A DNA stretch of 64,000 nucleotides, taken from the NCBI GenBank assembly GCA_023246355.1, contig JAHFIQ010000001.1:81887-145886 (forward strand), read 5' to 3'. This DNA comes from Candidatus Uhrbacteria bacterium (GTDB lineage Bacteria > Patescibacteriota > Patescibacteriia > UBA9934 > GWF2-40-263). This document shows, in pieces, positions 47,629 through 58,206 of this stretch. The position numbers and the translations under genes are program-made. A model generated the notes under the pieces. It did no database searches. It was given only the letters and a program-made list of their open reading frames with translations, and was not told the DNA's origin. The first letter of the stretch is position 1, and every line of letters starts with the position of its first letter.

Positions 47629-49335
47629 CTACATCTCTTCCACGGTCTCAATCCCAAGCAGTGCTAAGCCATTTCTGAGCACCTGGGACACGGCTCTGAG
47701 CAACGCCACCCTTTCCTGTATTTGATCCTCACGTGCTTGAAGCACGGGAACGTGTTCGTAAAAATGTGAGAACGACTTGGCAAGGTTAAAGAGGTACTGA
47801 GCCAAAATGGCTGGCTGGAGTTCCTGTGACGATCGGAAAAGGACTTCAGGAAATTGTGCGATCGCAAACACAAGCGCGTGACTGTGACGATCGTCAAGGG
47901 TTTTGGCACTCGGCTTCCCTTTCATCTTGGGGGCTTTCTTCAGAATACTTTGGATGCGAGCAACGGTGTAGAGAAGATACGGACCGGTACACCCATCAAA
48001 CGACAACGACTCGTCTAGATCAAATACAATTTTTTTCCCAACGTCTTGTTTCAACATGGAAAAACGCATGCCAGCAAACGCAATCGCACGAACGACCTCT
48101 TTGGTGTGTTCCTTGGTCCAATCCGTATGGCGGCTCTGAGTTTCTTGACGCGCTTTCTCGATCATCTCGTCTCGCAGTGTTTCGTAGCGCACCACGTTCC
48201 CCTTTCGGGCGGCCATCGCTCCGTCTGAAAGCGTGACAAATTCGTAGGAAAGATGGGTCAGCTCACGCTCAAATTTCATCCGTTTGAGCGTCGCAAACAA
48301 TTGTTGAAGTGCGTGACTTTGACGGGCATCAACCACGTAAATCGATCGAGCTGAGTGATAATCTTTTTCTTTTTCAAGAGCAAGGGCGAGATCTTTGGCG
48401 TTGTACAACAAGGTCCCATCGCTTTTGATGAGCAGGTTCACGCCCAGTTTCTCATTTTCTAAATCTACAATCCATGCACCTTGCGACTGCACCACCACAC
48501 CGTCCTTAATAAGCCCATCAATAATTTTTTTGGTTTTCTTGATGAGCTGGCTTTCAAAGTACCAATGATCAAGCGTGAGCCCGAGTTCATCGTACACCTG
48601 TTTCAAATAGTCGAGTGACCACTTGCGTGTGACTTTCCACACCGCGACTTCACTTCCTTTTTGATTTTCCAAATGCTTGAAGACTTCCGTGACCTGTTCT
48701 TTCAACGAAGGATTTACTTCGAGCGCCTGGTTCGCTTCCACATACACCTCGCGCAAAAAATCGATGCGCTTGTCTTTGGGTGTTTTGTCCCAATCTTCCT
48801 TCGCCGCGATCGCCCAAACCGACTGTGCGACATGCAGTCCCAAGTCGTTGATGTAGGCCACAGGAATGACGTCGTACCCACAGGCTTTGAGCAGATTCAC
48901 GGCCGCCTGTCCGACAAACAAATTCCGCAAGTGACCAACATGGACATCTTTATGAGAGTTGAGGTTGGCGAACTCAACCATCACCCGTTTCTCTTTTCCC
49001 ACATCCGATGTCCCAAAGGTGTCTCTCATCTCTGAAACTTCCTCAAGAATCGCCTTGCCAAATTCAGCATCGGCCAACACAAAATTCACATACGGCCCAT
49101 GAGCTTTCGCGCTGGCAATATGCCCTTTGGGACCAATCTTTACAGCGATTTCTGTGGCGATTTCTGCTGGGTTGCGTTTAAGCTTTTTCCCTAATTCAAA
49201 ACACGGAAACGCCACGTCTCCCATCGCGGGGTCTGGAGGCGATTGAAGTTCTTCAATCACTGGAACAAAACCGTGACCCACAGCCTTCTTGATCGCCTGA
49301 AGAATATCTTGCTTGGCTTGTTGGATTACGTACAT
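47629..49335 (-). CDS. argS: Arginyl-tRNA synthetase
   Basis: Class I HIGH-like motif SHKDVHVGHLRN and anticodon-binding domain. 568 aa. Overlaps the valS stop by 10 nt. Confidence 0.9.
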   Translation of the reverse strand: MYVIQQAKQDILQAIKKAVGHGFVPVIEELQSPPDPAMGDVAFPCFELGKKLKRNPAEIATEIAVKIGPKGHIASAKAHGPYVNFVLADAEFGKAILEEVSEMRDTFGTSDVGKEKRVMVEFANLNSHKDVHVGHLRNLFVGQAAVNLLKACGYDVIPVAYINDLGLHVAQSVWAIAAKEDWDKTPKDKRIDFLREVYVEANQALEVNPSLKEQVTEVFKHLENQKGSEVAVWKVTRKWSLDYLKQVYDELGLTLDHWYFESQLIKKTKKIIDGLIKDGVVVQSQGAWIVDLENEKLGVNLLIKSDGTLLYNAKDLALALEKEKDYHSARSIYVVDARQSHALQQLFATLKRMKFERELTHLSYEFVTLSDGAMAARKGNVVRYETLRDEMIEKARQETQSRHTDWTKEHTKEVVRAIAFAGMRFSMLKQDVGKKIVFDLDESLSFDGCTGPYLLYTVARIQSILKKAPKMKGKPSAKTLDDRHSHALVFAIAQFPEVLFRSSQELQPAILAQYLFNLAKSFSHFYEHVPVLQAREDQIQERVALLRAVSQVLRNGLALLGIETVEEM

Positions 49336-51962
49336 AGTTTTTCTAATTTCCCTTTGGCCTCTGCAAGGTTGTGCTCCATGGTTGCGACGACTTGCTCTGG
49401 AGCCTTCGAAGTAAACTCTTCGTTTTCTAGTTTGCTTGTGAGACTCCGGATGTATTTCTCCAACTCCTTTGCTTGGGCCTTCGACTTTGCTAATTCTTTT
49501 TCGTGATCGACCAAACCTCCCAGAGAGACAAAAATCTGTGTCTGACCAACAACGACAGAAGCATTCTCATCTTTTGGAGATTGTGTTTCAAATGTGAGCG
49601 ACTCCACACCTGCGAGCGACTCAATCACGGCACGATGAGACTCCACTTCGTTTCCACCAACCAAGACCACAGAAATCTTTTGTTTTGGTGCCACAGAATA
49701 CTGTGATCGAATGTTGCGCATTGCCCCAATCACTTCTTGCAATCGCGCCATTTCGGCTTCTGCATCCAGATCAAGGTCGATCAGACGCATGACAGGCCAG
49801 GCATGAGCGATCAACAATTCTTGATCGTCCAGATACTTCCAAATTTGCTCAGTCACAAATGGCATAATGGGATGCCAGTAGGTGAGCAGATGCTCAAGGA
49901 CATACACGAGAATGGCATCGGTCGATGCTTTGATCTTTGGGTCCACGCGCTGAGCTTTGGAAATCTCCAAATACCAATCGGCAAAATCATTCCATGTAAA
50001 CTCCCGCAATTTCTCACTGGCTTGGGAAAACTCAGCAGCCCCCATGTGTGCGGCAACGTCTTCTTCAAGTCGCGTGAGCCGTGACAATATCCACCGATCG
50101 GCAAGTGTGGACGGCTTCAATTCTTTGAACGCACGCCCATGACTCACGGTTTCAACGCTCGTTAAAATGAAGCGTGAGATATTCCAAAGTTTATTCACGA
50201 GCCGCTGTGCGGCTTCGACTTTCTCTTCATAGAAACGCGAATCATTTCCAGGAGACACGCCCGTCACGACACTGAACCGTAAGGCATCAGCACTATATTT
50301 TTCAATGATGTCGATCGGATCGATCCCATTGTTGAGCGATTTGGAAAACTTCCGTCCGTTCTTATCTTGCACCATGCCATGGATGTACACCTCATGAAAG
50401 GGAATCTCGTCAAGGGCATAGGCACTCATGAGCACCATCCGCATGAGCCACAAATACAAAATCTCATAGCCCATTTGCATCCAACTTGTGGGATGAAACG
50501 TCTGCAGGTCATCGGTTTGCTCGGGCCAGCCAAGAGTCGAAAACGTCCAAGAACCAGAGCTAAACCAGGTATCAAGCGTATCTTCATCCTGAACCCAACC
50601 ATCGCCTTCTGGGATCTGTCCCACAACCATCTCCTCACCTTTGTACCAAACCGGAACACGATGCCCCCACCAAATCTGACGAGACAGGCACCAATCACGA
50701 AGATGCTCAACGCGATCGAGATAGAGTTTCACAAAACGTTCTGGGTTGATGGTGACCCTTTGCTTCTCGTCGCCGGAGAGTCCAGTGGTCAGCGCATCGC
50801 GCATCAAGTCACGCAAGCTTTTGCCACGACCAGGAATGGGTTTTTGCACATCGAGCCACCATTGGGTCATGGGGATCGCTTCCACCACATCACCAAACCG
50901 ATCAGAGGTCCCGACGTTTTGTTCGATCTCTTCCTCTTGCACCAGCAACCCGGCTGCACGCAACTGTGCAACAACGTTCTCTCGTGCTTCTTCGCTTGTC
51001 AGTCCTGCAAAATCTTTTCCAGCTTGAGCGGTCATTTTTCCATCCGCCCCAATGACGGGAATGATTCCGATGTCGTTCCCCATGGCTTTCTGTTTTTCAT
51101 ACATGGCAAAATCAACCGCAGAGTGAGCCGGCGTCACACCCAAGGCGCCTGTCCCAAAGGCGGGATCAACATGCTCGTCGGCAATCACGTGTAACCGCAG
51201 TGGTACCCCGCAAAAATTTACCTCGAATGTTTTCCCGACAAAATCTTTGTAACGTTCATCCGTGGGATGAACGGCAACAGCGGTATCTCCCAACTTGGTT
51301 TCAGGACGAGTCGAAGCAATCGTAAATGGAACGTCTGCAGAATACTTGAATGTGTAGAGCTTGGCCTTTCGGTCAACGTACTCCAATTCATCATCGCTAC
51401 ACGTGCACTGCCCCTTCACCGACCAATTCACCACGCGGTATCCACGATAAATAAGACCATCGTGATACATCCGTGTGAACAACTCGTTCACGGCCTTGTT
51501 CCGGGCCTCATCAAACGTGTACGCAAGACGTGACCAATCGCAGCTCGTTCCCATTTTTTTAATCTGACTCAAAATCGTTTCGCGTGATGCATCAGCAAAT
51601 GCCCGAATACGTTCAACGAGTTTCTCCCGACCAAGTTCCTGACGCGGGAACCGCATTCCTTCTTCCATGAGCATTTTTTCCACACGAGCCTGTGTCGGCA
51701 CCGCGGCATGATCTGTGCCTGGAACCAACAGAGCCTTTCGTCCACGCATTCGCTGGTAGCGGATCATGCTGTCCATGAGGGTATTTTCCAGAGCATGTCC
51801 CAAGTGCAAAATACCGGTCACGTTTGGTGGTGGCATCATGATCGTGAACGGTTCGCCTTTCAGCTTGTCTGGATTAAAAAATCCGCTCTTTTCCCAAGCC
51901 TCGTAAATAGCGTCTTCGTAGAGTTTGGCTTCGTACGCCTTCGGCATTTCTGGTTTGCCCAT
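49326..51962 (-). CDS. valS: Valyl-tRNA synthetase
   Basis: PPPNVTGILHLGHAL (HIGH), KFSKS (KMSKS), and a C-terminal coiled coil. Likely start MGKPEMPKAYE. Confidence 0.9.
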   Translation of the reverse strand: MGKPEMPKAYEAKLYEDAIYEAWEKSGFFNPDKLKGEPFTIMMPPPNVTGILHLGHALENTLMDSMIRYQRMRGRKALLVPGTDHAAVPTQARVEKMLMEEGMRFPRQELGREKLVERIRAFADASRETILSQIKKMGTSCDWSRLAYTFDEARNKAVNELFTRMYHDGLIYRGYRVVNWSVKGQCTCSDDELEYVDRKAKLYTFKYSADVPFTIASTRPETKLGDTAVAVHPTDERYKDFVGKTFEVNFCGVPLRLHVIADEHVDPAFGTGALGVTPAHSAVDFAMYEKQKAMGNDIGIIPVIGADGKMTAQAGKDFAGLTSEEARENVVAQLRAAGLLVQEEEIEQNVGTSDRFGDVVEAIPMTQWWLDVQKPIPGRGKSLRDLMRDALTTGLSGDEKQRVTINPERFVKLYLDRVEHLRDWCLSRQIWWGHRVPVWYKGEEMVVGQIPEGDGWVQDEDTLDTWFSSGSWTFSTLGWPEQTDDLQTFHPTSWMQMGYEILYLWLMRMVLMSAYALDEIPFHEVYIHGMVQDKNGRKFSKSLNNGIDPIDIIEKYSADALRFSVVTGVSPGNDSRFYEEKVEAAQRLVNKLWNISRFILTSVETVSHGRAFKELKPSTLADRWILSRLTRLEEDVAAHMGAAEFSQASEKLREFTWNDFADWYLEISKAQRVDPKIKASTDAILVYVLEHLLTYWHPIMPFVTEQIWKYLDDQELLIAHAWPVMRLIDLDLDAEAEMARLQEVIGAMRNIRSQYSVAPKQKISVVLVGGNEVESHRAVIESLAGVESLTFETQSPKDENASVVVGQTQIFVSLGGLVDHEKELAKSKAQAKELEKYIRSLTSKLENEEFTSKAPEQVVATMEHNLAEAKGKLEKLCT

Positions 51963-52073
51963 AATGTTCAACAGTTTAGGGAAATATCCCCAAGTTGGCA
52001 ACCGACAGAGTTGACAAAAAGCCCATTTTTGATGAGGATGGGGTGTCGTTCATTACAACGACCGGAGGAATCT

Positions 52074-54407
52074 ATGAGTCAGCTCCTGACCGCGACTGCG
52101 GTACTGCTGATGCTCTCTGGCTGCGACACGATCTCCCCGTTCGTTGGGGAGGAGCTCAAGGCCTCTGTCTGCGATCGAGATCACGATGGTCTTTCTCGCT
52201 CAAGCGAGTTCTGCGGTGGCGAGGACTGCGACGATGGGGACCAGGAAGTGGGATCGCCCACGGGTTGGTACCGCGATGTGGACCTCGACACCTACGGCGC
52301 GGGTGAGGAAGAATTTTCTTGCTCGCAACCCGAAGGATTCGTGATCGTCACCGGTGACTGCGATGATACAGATGAACTCGTGTCCCCTGGCGGCATCGAA
52401 ACCTGCAACGAAATCGATGACGACTGCGACGGAGACATCGACGAGGAAAACATCACGACTTGGTACCTGGACGCAGATGAGGATACCTACGGCAACGTGG
52501 ATATCTATCTCGTCCAGTGTGACGAGCCTATGGGCTACGTCGACAACGCCGATGACTGTGATGACCTTGTCTCCACGGTGAGTCCTGATGGCACGGAACT
52601 GTGCGACGATGACATCGATCAGGATTGCAACGGCCTCATCGACGATGCAGAGGGCTCGCAAGCTTGGTACGCAGATGCGGATCAGGACAGCTACGGCGAC
52701 CCACAGACGGCTTTGTATTCGTGCAACGAGTCTGTTGAAGGCTATGTGCTGGATGCGACCGACTGCGACGATGCCAACCTGGACGTGAACCCGAGCGCCA
52801 ACGAGGCCTGCCTCGATCACGTCGACAATGACTGTGATGGCGAGATAGACACGGACGCCGTGGATGTTGCCTGGTACGCAGATGTGGATGAGGACGGCTA
52901 CGGCGACGTGAACGTCACCACCACCGACTGCGCCCCGCCAGAAGGGTACGTCGGAAACAGTGAAGACTGTGACGATGCATCAAACGAAGTGAATCCTGGT
53001 GTCGACGAGGTCTGCAACAACGGCATCGACGACAACTGTGACGACTCACCGGGTGCGTGTGTGCATGCAGGGGCTTCGACCCTCGCAAGCGTCGATGTCA
53101 CTTTGACTGGTGACAGCGACTCCACGGGCTGGGCCATTGTCGGTCCCTGCGACCTAGACGGCTCTGGTGAACTCGATCTCGTTGCCTCGGCTCCTGATGG
53201 TGACCAGAACGCACAAAACACCGGCTCAATCTTCATCTTCTTCAATGGGTCCCTCACGACCTCCTCGCTCACGACCAGCGCGGCAGATGTGGTGATTGTG
53301 GGAGACGAAGAGTATGACTACGCTGGTTCAGCGGTCGCGTGTGGTGATGTGGATCGAGATGGAGTCGACGACTTACTCTTTGGCGCATTCGGAGACGACG
53401 AGGGAGGCTCTGATGTCGGAGCTGTGGCCTTCTTTCCTGGCACAACCCTTTCAGGCTCGCTGAGCGCCTCAGACGCCTCCAGCTCCTGGGTGGGAACCGA
53501 GGGGGCAACCTCTCTTGGAGAACGAGCTCTCGCTATTGGAGACGTGGACGGAAATGGATCCGGAGACTTGGTCGTTGGTTGGTCAAACAACTCCGACTAT
53601 GACAGCAATGCCGGAGCCCTGTACTTCATCTCTGGTGACGCGATTCCGGAAGAAACTGTTCGCATCGATGATGCGGATGCTCAGTGGCTGGGAGAAGCCA
53701 CGGGAGACCGAGCTGGCCTGAGCATTGGGCTGTGCGATCTCAACAGCGACGGCGCACAGGACATCCTCACTGGGTCCTACGGCCTTGATGATGGAGGCAG
53801 TGACGCTGGAGGGATGTACCTCATCTGGGGTGACGCGTACGCTGGGATCATGAGTTTCTCAGAGAGCGATGCCCTATGGACGGGAGAGTCAGCAGGTGAC
53901 CTCTCAGGATCTTCGATCGCTTGCAATGGCGACGTTGACGACGATGGGGTGAATGACATCCTCGTGAGCGCTCCGTATCAGGATGAGGCAGCGGACAACG
54001 CAGGAGCTGTATATCTCATCTACGGTGCTGACACCTTCGCAGGAGAAATGAGTCTCACAAGCGCTGACGCCAAGTGGATCGGAGAGACCAGCGACGATCA
54101 AGTTGGGAATGCCGCTGCGATGTGCGACATCGATGACAACGGCATGGACGACATCTTCGTTTCATCGATCAACTACGACGGAGGATCTAGCAACCTGGGC
54201 ATCGTCTACATGGTGTCGGGTGGCGTGCACTCTGGAACCTCAAACCTCTCGAGCGCGGAAGCCTCCTGGACCGGAACGAGTGGTGGATCACAGGCCGGCT
54301 CTGCCCTGAGCTGTCCTACGGATCTCAACAACGACAACGTCGACGATTTGGCCGTAGGCGCTCCTACAAAGAGCGAGGCTTACCTCATCTTCGGCCTGGG
54401 CTACTAG
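52074..54407 (+). CDS. Lipoprotein with tandem Cys-rich MopE-like putative metal-binding repeats and FG-GAP/integrin-alpha-like repeats
   Basis: ATG at 52074 with RBS GGAGGAA. Lipobox LMLSGC. About six repeats of the form D.D.DGYG....C..P.GY....DCDD....V.P...E.C....D.DCDG. C-terminal repeats VGDVDGNGSGDLVVG / DVDDDGVNDILVSAP. GC about 63%. Confidence 0.7.
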   Translation: MSQLLTATAVLLMLSGCDTISPFVGEELKASVCDRDHDGLSRSSEFCGGEDCDDGDQEVGSPTGWYRDVDLDTYGAGEEEFSCSQPEGFVIVTGDCDDTDELVSPGGIETCNEIDDDCDGDIDEENITTWYLDADEDTYGNVDIYLVQCDEPMGYVDNADDCDDLVSTVSPDGTELCDDDIDQDCNGLIDDAEGSQAWYADADQDSYGDPQTALYSCNESVEGYVLDATDCDDANLDVNPSANEACLDHVDNDCDGEIDTDAVDVAWYADVDEDGYGDVNVTTTDCAPPEGYVGNSEDCDDASNEVNPGVDEVCNNGIDDNCDDSPGACVHAGASTLASVDVTLTGDSDSTGWAIVGPCDLDGSGELDLVASAPDGDQNAQNTGSIFIFFNGSLTTSSLTTSAADVVIVGDEEYDYAGSAVACGDVDRDGVDDLLFGAFGDDEGGSDVGAVAFFPGTTLSGSLSASDASSSWVGTEGATSLGERALAIGDVDGNGSGDLVVGWSNNSDYDSNAGALYFISGDAIPEETVRIDDADAQWLGEATGDRAGLSIGLCDLNSDGAQDILTGSYGLDDGGSDAGGMYLIWGDAYAGIMSFSESDALWTGESAGDLSGSSIACNGDVDDDGVNDILVSAPYQDEAADNAGAVYLIYGADTFAGEMSLTSADAKWIGETSDDQVGNAAAMCDIDDNGMDDIFVSSINYDGGSSNLGIVYMVSGGVHSGTSNLSSAEASWTGTSGGSQAGSALSCPTDLNNDNVDDLAVGAPTKSEAYLIFGLGY

Positions 54408-54412
54408 AAACG

Positions 54413-54445
54413 CGCCTCCTTTTCAGGAGGCTTTTCATTTTCCTA
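54413..54445 (+). terminator. Rho-independent terminator
   Basis: Stem gcctcct/aggaggc followed by ttttcatttt, directly after the stop at 54407. Confidence 0.5.
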
Positions 54446-54454
54446 CGGTTCCTT

Positions 54455-54509
54455 GACACGTCGGTCGCGACCGACGTGTCTTGACCTTCAATCAAACCCC
54501 TTGTAAACT
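54455..54509 (+). promoter_or_regulatory. Perfect 26-bp palindrome (candidate operator) abutting a sigma70-like promoter
   Basis: GACACGTCGGTCG/CGACCGACGTGTC at 54455-54480, then TTGACC (54481-54486), a 17-nt spacer and TAAACT (54504-54509), about 35 nt upstream of the 54544 start. Confidence 0.45.
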
Positions 54510-54543
54510 GCCCTATCCCCTGCTTGTTGAAGATACCTAACAC

Positions 54544-55680
54544 ATGGCCCTCAAAGAATCACAACAAGTCCTTGAAGCCATTAAGCGCTCTTCGCGCCCA
54601 CTTCTTTGTGTTCCCTCAGGTGGTGGAGCTGATGCCTATGCCACAGCCCTGGGACTCTCAAGGGTCTTAACTAAACTCGACAAAAAGCCGCTCATCGTTG
54701 CGGCTGATGGCAAAGCGCCAAAAAATGTCGAGTTTCTCAAAGGTCATGAACAGATCCAGCCGCGACTGGAAAATATGCGGCAATTCGTCATCGAGTTGGA
54801 CGCGAGTAAAACAAAAGTAGATGAGCTCAGTTACGAAATGAAAAACGATAAACTGTTCGTTTATCTCTCTCCCAAAAAAGGCTTCTGGGACCAGAAGGAC
54901 GTACGGACAAGTTCCAGTGGCTACAAGTTTGATCTCATCATCTGTATCGGCTCCCCGGACTTTGAATCTTGTGCGCATCTCTACTCTGAAAATCCTGATT
55001 TCTTTTTCCGCACGCCAGTTATCAACATCGACCACACGCCTGAAAACGAACACTACGGCCAAATGAACATCGTGGACATGACGGCCTCTGCGTGCGGCGA
55101 AGTCTGTCATGATCTCATCGACGCGATCGAACCTGGACTCATCGATGAAGAAGTTGCGACCGCGTTTTTGACCGGCATGATCGCCAAGACAAAAAGTTTC
55201 AGATCAAAAGCAGTGACGCCCAAAACACTACAGACAGCGAGCAAGCTGATTGCCAAAGGTGCCAAACGGGACGAGATCGTGCAGCGGCTCTATCGAACCA
55301 GAAGCGTAGAAACGCTCAGACTCTGGGGTCGCGCCCTAGCTCGCCTGAAGGCGGACGAGGAGGCGAAAATGGTCTGGACCATGCTCAGCCAGCAAGATTT
55401 CATGCATGCGGGAAGTGAAGAACACGATCTCCCGGATGTGATCGACGAGCTGATCGCGTCCTCTCCACAAGCCAAAGTCGTTGTGCTGTTGTATGAGATG
55501 CGGGACCGAAACATCTGTGCCATCGTCCGAGCGGAACGCCCGCTGGATGCCATCGCTCTGTGCCAAGGTTACAATGCCGCTGGAACCCGCGAAGAGATCC
55601 GACTCTGCCTCTTAAACAAGACGATCATCCAGGTTGAGAAAGAACTGATCGGATCGATCAAAGCACAGATCAAAAAATAG
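54544..55680 (+). CDS. DHH-family phosphoesterase (NrnA-like)
   Basis: NIDHTPENEHYG (DHH motif variant) and a DHHA1-like C-terminal region. 378 aa. Confidence 0.6.
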   Translation: MALKESQQVLEAIKRSSRPLLCVPSGGGADAYATALGLSRVLTKLDKKPLIVAADGKAPKNVEFLKGHEQIQPRLENMRQFVIELDASKTKVDELSYEMKNDKLFVYLSPKKGFWDQKDVRTSSSGYKFDLIICIGSPDFESCAHLYSENPDFFFRTPVINIDHTPENEHYGQMNIVDMTASACGEVCHDLIDAIEPGLIDEEVATAFLTGMIAKTKSFRSKAVTPKTLQTASKLIAKGAKRDEIVQRLYRTRSVETLRLWGRALARLKADEEAKMVWTMLSQQDFMHAGSEEHDLPDVIDELIASSPQAKVVVLLYEMRDRNICAIVRAERPLDAIALCQGYNAAGTREEIRLCLLNKTIIQVEKELIGSIKAQIKK

Positions 55681-55711
55681 CTCCGACGTGACGTCGGAGC
55701 TATTTTTTGAT

Positions 55712-58183
55712 TTACTCTTCTGAAGCTTCTCCTTCATCTGTGGTTGCTTCTTCTTCCACGACTTCGCCTTCATCCACTTCGGTCACGCCCTCTTGCCCTG
55801 GCTGAATAGGCTCTGGCAACACCGTGGTGATCTCCCCTGCACGCATGCGCGCAAGACGATTTTTTGCCAGTTCATTCTCTGGATTAATCTGAACTACGCG
55901 TTCAATCAAATCAATCGCCTCTCCCTGTCGATCGGAAATTTCATACATGGAAGCCAAGTACCACAAAGCATTAGAGTAGTCCGGATTCAACTCAAGGATG
56001 CGTTCAAGTTCCTGAGTGGCTGTATCGTATTGTTCCAAACGAATGAGGAGCTGCGAAAGCTGGAACGCGATTCCGACGTCGGCAAGATTATTATTTCGAA
56101 GCGCGAGCAATCTGGCTGCGGCTTGATCTAACTTTCCTTGTCGTTCATACACAGCGGCCAAGTAGTAATGCGCTGGTAAATAATCACGCTTCTGTTCGAT
56201 CGCCTTCAGGAAGGCCTGCTCGGCCGTTGAAAGTAAACTGACTTCTTGATCAGCAGCCTGCTTTGCGGCTTCAGGATCTTTGGATGTTTTTAGAGCACGA
56301 GCACGTTCAGCCACGACCAAGTACACACGACCGAGGTTTGTGTAGTGCACCGGGTTGGTTGGCTCAAGCTGAATGGTATTCAAGAACATGGTTGCAGCAA
56401 GGTCTTCTGCGCCTTGAGCAAAACTCATCACATCTCGATACACCGAACCGCGAACGACCCAGTTGGAAACAGAGTTCGGCTCAATTTCTGTGGCACGAGT
56501 GGCCGCATTGATCGCGAGGGTCACAGAGTTGGCAATATCCTGCGTCTGCTCACCGGTGAGTTCCTGACCTCCGGCGGAGGCGGCGACAATTTTGTCACGG
56601 GCCTCAACGAGATAGGCTGAACTCAAATTGCGATAGTATTGATCGCTCAGGCCGTTGAAACGAACAGCGCGGTTGAGCTGATCAATCACCTCGGCGAGGG
56701 TTCCGTCTTCGGATTGATCAATCGCGACGGCCTTGGCAAAGGCGACTTCTGCGGCGTAGCGAGAACCGGTCACGAACAACGAAGCAATCACACCAACCGC
56801 TACAACCACAAAGGCAAACGAGGTTGCCAGACCGAGCTTAGGCGATCGTGAAAAGTCTGTACTCCACACCTTCAAGACCACTTGAGACGCAAGAAGACCT
56901 GTGAAGCCCCAGAGCAGAAACTCCATGGTCATGTTGGAGGAGTAGAAAAGATGTGAGAGGAAGAGCACGGCCCATCCGACGAACAAGACGTAGGTCATTT
57001 TCCATTCTTCATGATCGCGCTCAAATACCAGACGTTGAACCGCCTTGGCTGCCACCCAGATCATAAGCACAAGCCAGAGCAAACCTCCCAATACCCCAAG
57101 ATGCGTAAGCGTGGTGACGAAATCACTCTTGGCTCGGTCAAAATGGATGGACCAAAACTGGGACGCATTGATTGTTACAGGCTTGTACGCCAGAAAATCA
57201 TACAGAAACGTTCCAGGACCTGATCCAACGAGCAACTGCTTGGTGCTCACCCCCAGAGTCGTTTTGGCAATCTGCCAACTGGTTCCATAGCTTGGAGAAA
57301 CGGTGAGCGGCAGAGACAGTTTGAGCGGCGTAGGAAGGAAGAGAAGTAAAATGCTAACAAAGAGAACTACCAAAGGCAGAGCAAAGCGACGAGGATTTGG
57401 AAATTCTTGCGATTGGATGAAGACAAATCCGCCCAAGAGCAGCACACCGATGATGTTGATGATCCAGAACACGGAAAAATCAATCGCGATCAAGGTGATG
57501 AGATTGATTACGGTTACGATTACAATCAGCGCTCGCGTAAACATCCCAATGCCCCCCAACGGGATAATGCGATCTCGTCCACTTTGGGAAACCAACCAAA
57601 GAGCCAGTCCCACAAACATCATGAGCGTCAGCAACGAGGCCAAACCATTCATGGTGCCGACCGTATTGAATCCATTGGACTGCGAAAAGACAAACGGCAA
57701 GTGAAAAAGATTAAACATGCCAAGCAAACCCAAGAGTCCAGCAAGCGTTGAGGAAAGCAACAGCGCAAACAAAACATTGCGCTGAACCGCTGTATCACTT
57801 GCGCCGTTCATGAGCAGGTAAAAAATCACGAGAAACATCGTGGTGGAAAGGAAACTCGCATATTCCTGTGAGGCCTGTCCGACCCAGGTCTGATAGCCAG
57901 CGATCGATGTAAGTGACGAGATCAACAGCACGACAAAAAACAATCCAGGCACGAGATTCAACCACCCAGCTTTGAAGGAAAGCTGTTTGCTCATGACCAT
58001 CTGGCCGAGCCATGCCAAGAGGCCCACCACCGTCAATACGACCAACAAGATTTGCTTGTTGTCTTCAAGGACGCTGGTCGTCCATGGAAGAAAGAAGATG
58101 GGAACGAGAAAAAAGAGTAAATAGGTGGCCCAATGAGTCACCATGACGAACAGTTTGTTGGCCTCCTCAACTCGACTTGGCAT
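55712..58183 (-). CDS. Polytopic membrane protein (O-antigen ligase-like N-terminal domain) with C-terminal TPR repeats
   Basis: At least 12 TM helices, a GSRYAAE motif, TPR-like repeats (AHYYLAAVYERQGKLDQAA) and an acidic C-terminal tail. Confidence 0.6.
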   Translation of the reverse strand: MPSRVEEANKLFVMVTHWATYLLFFLVPIFFLPWTTSVLEDNKQILLVVLTVVGLLAWLGQMVMSKQLSFKAGWLNLVPGLFFVVLLISSLTSIAGYQTWVGQASQEYASFLSTTMFLVIFYLLMNGASDTAVQRNVLFALLLSSTLAGLLGLLGMFNLFHLPFVFSQSNGFNTVGTMNGLASLLTLMMFVGLALWLVSQSGRDRIIPLGGIGMFTRALIVIVTVINLITLIAIDFSVFWIINIIGVLLLGGFVFIQSQEFPNPRRFALPLVVLFVSILLLFLPTPLKLSLPLTVSPSYGTSWQIAKTTLGVSTKQLLVGSGPGTFLYDFLAYKPVTINASQFWSIHFDRAKSDFVTTLTHLGVLGGLLWLVLMIWVAAKAVQRLVFERDHEEWKMTYVLFVGWAVLFLSHLFYSSNMTMEFLLWGFTGLLASQVVLKVWSTDFSRSPKLGLATSFAFVVVAVGVIASLFVTGSRYAAEVAFAKAVAIDQSEDGTLAEVIDQLNRAVRFNGLSDQYYRNLSSAYLVEARDKIVAASAGGQELTGEQTQDIANSVTLAINAATRATEIEPNSVSNWVVRGSVYRDVMSFAQGAEDLAATMFLNTIQLEPTNPVHYTNLGRVYLVVAERARALKTSKDPEAAKQAADQEVSLLSTAEQAFLKAIEQKRDYLPAHYYLAAVYERQGKLDQAAARLLALRNNNLADVGIAFQLSQLLIRLEQYDTATQELERILELNPDYSNALWYLASMYEISDRQGEAIDLIERVVQINPENELAKNRLARMRAGEITTVLPEPIQPGQEGVTEVDEGEVVEEEATTDEGEASEE

Positions 58184-58206
58184 AGCAATGACACGGTTAG
58201 GGTAAA

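Noticed and set aside
50367-51194. 275-aa ORF antisense to valS, and 51708..52073 as an N-terminal extension of the MopE/FG-GAP gene
   Set aside because: valS is unambiguous on the other strand. The real start of the lipoprotein gene is the ATG at 52074, with a perfect GGAGGAA RBS and a signal peptide.
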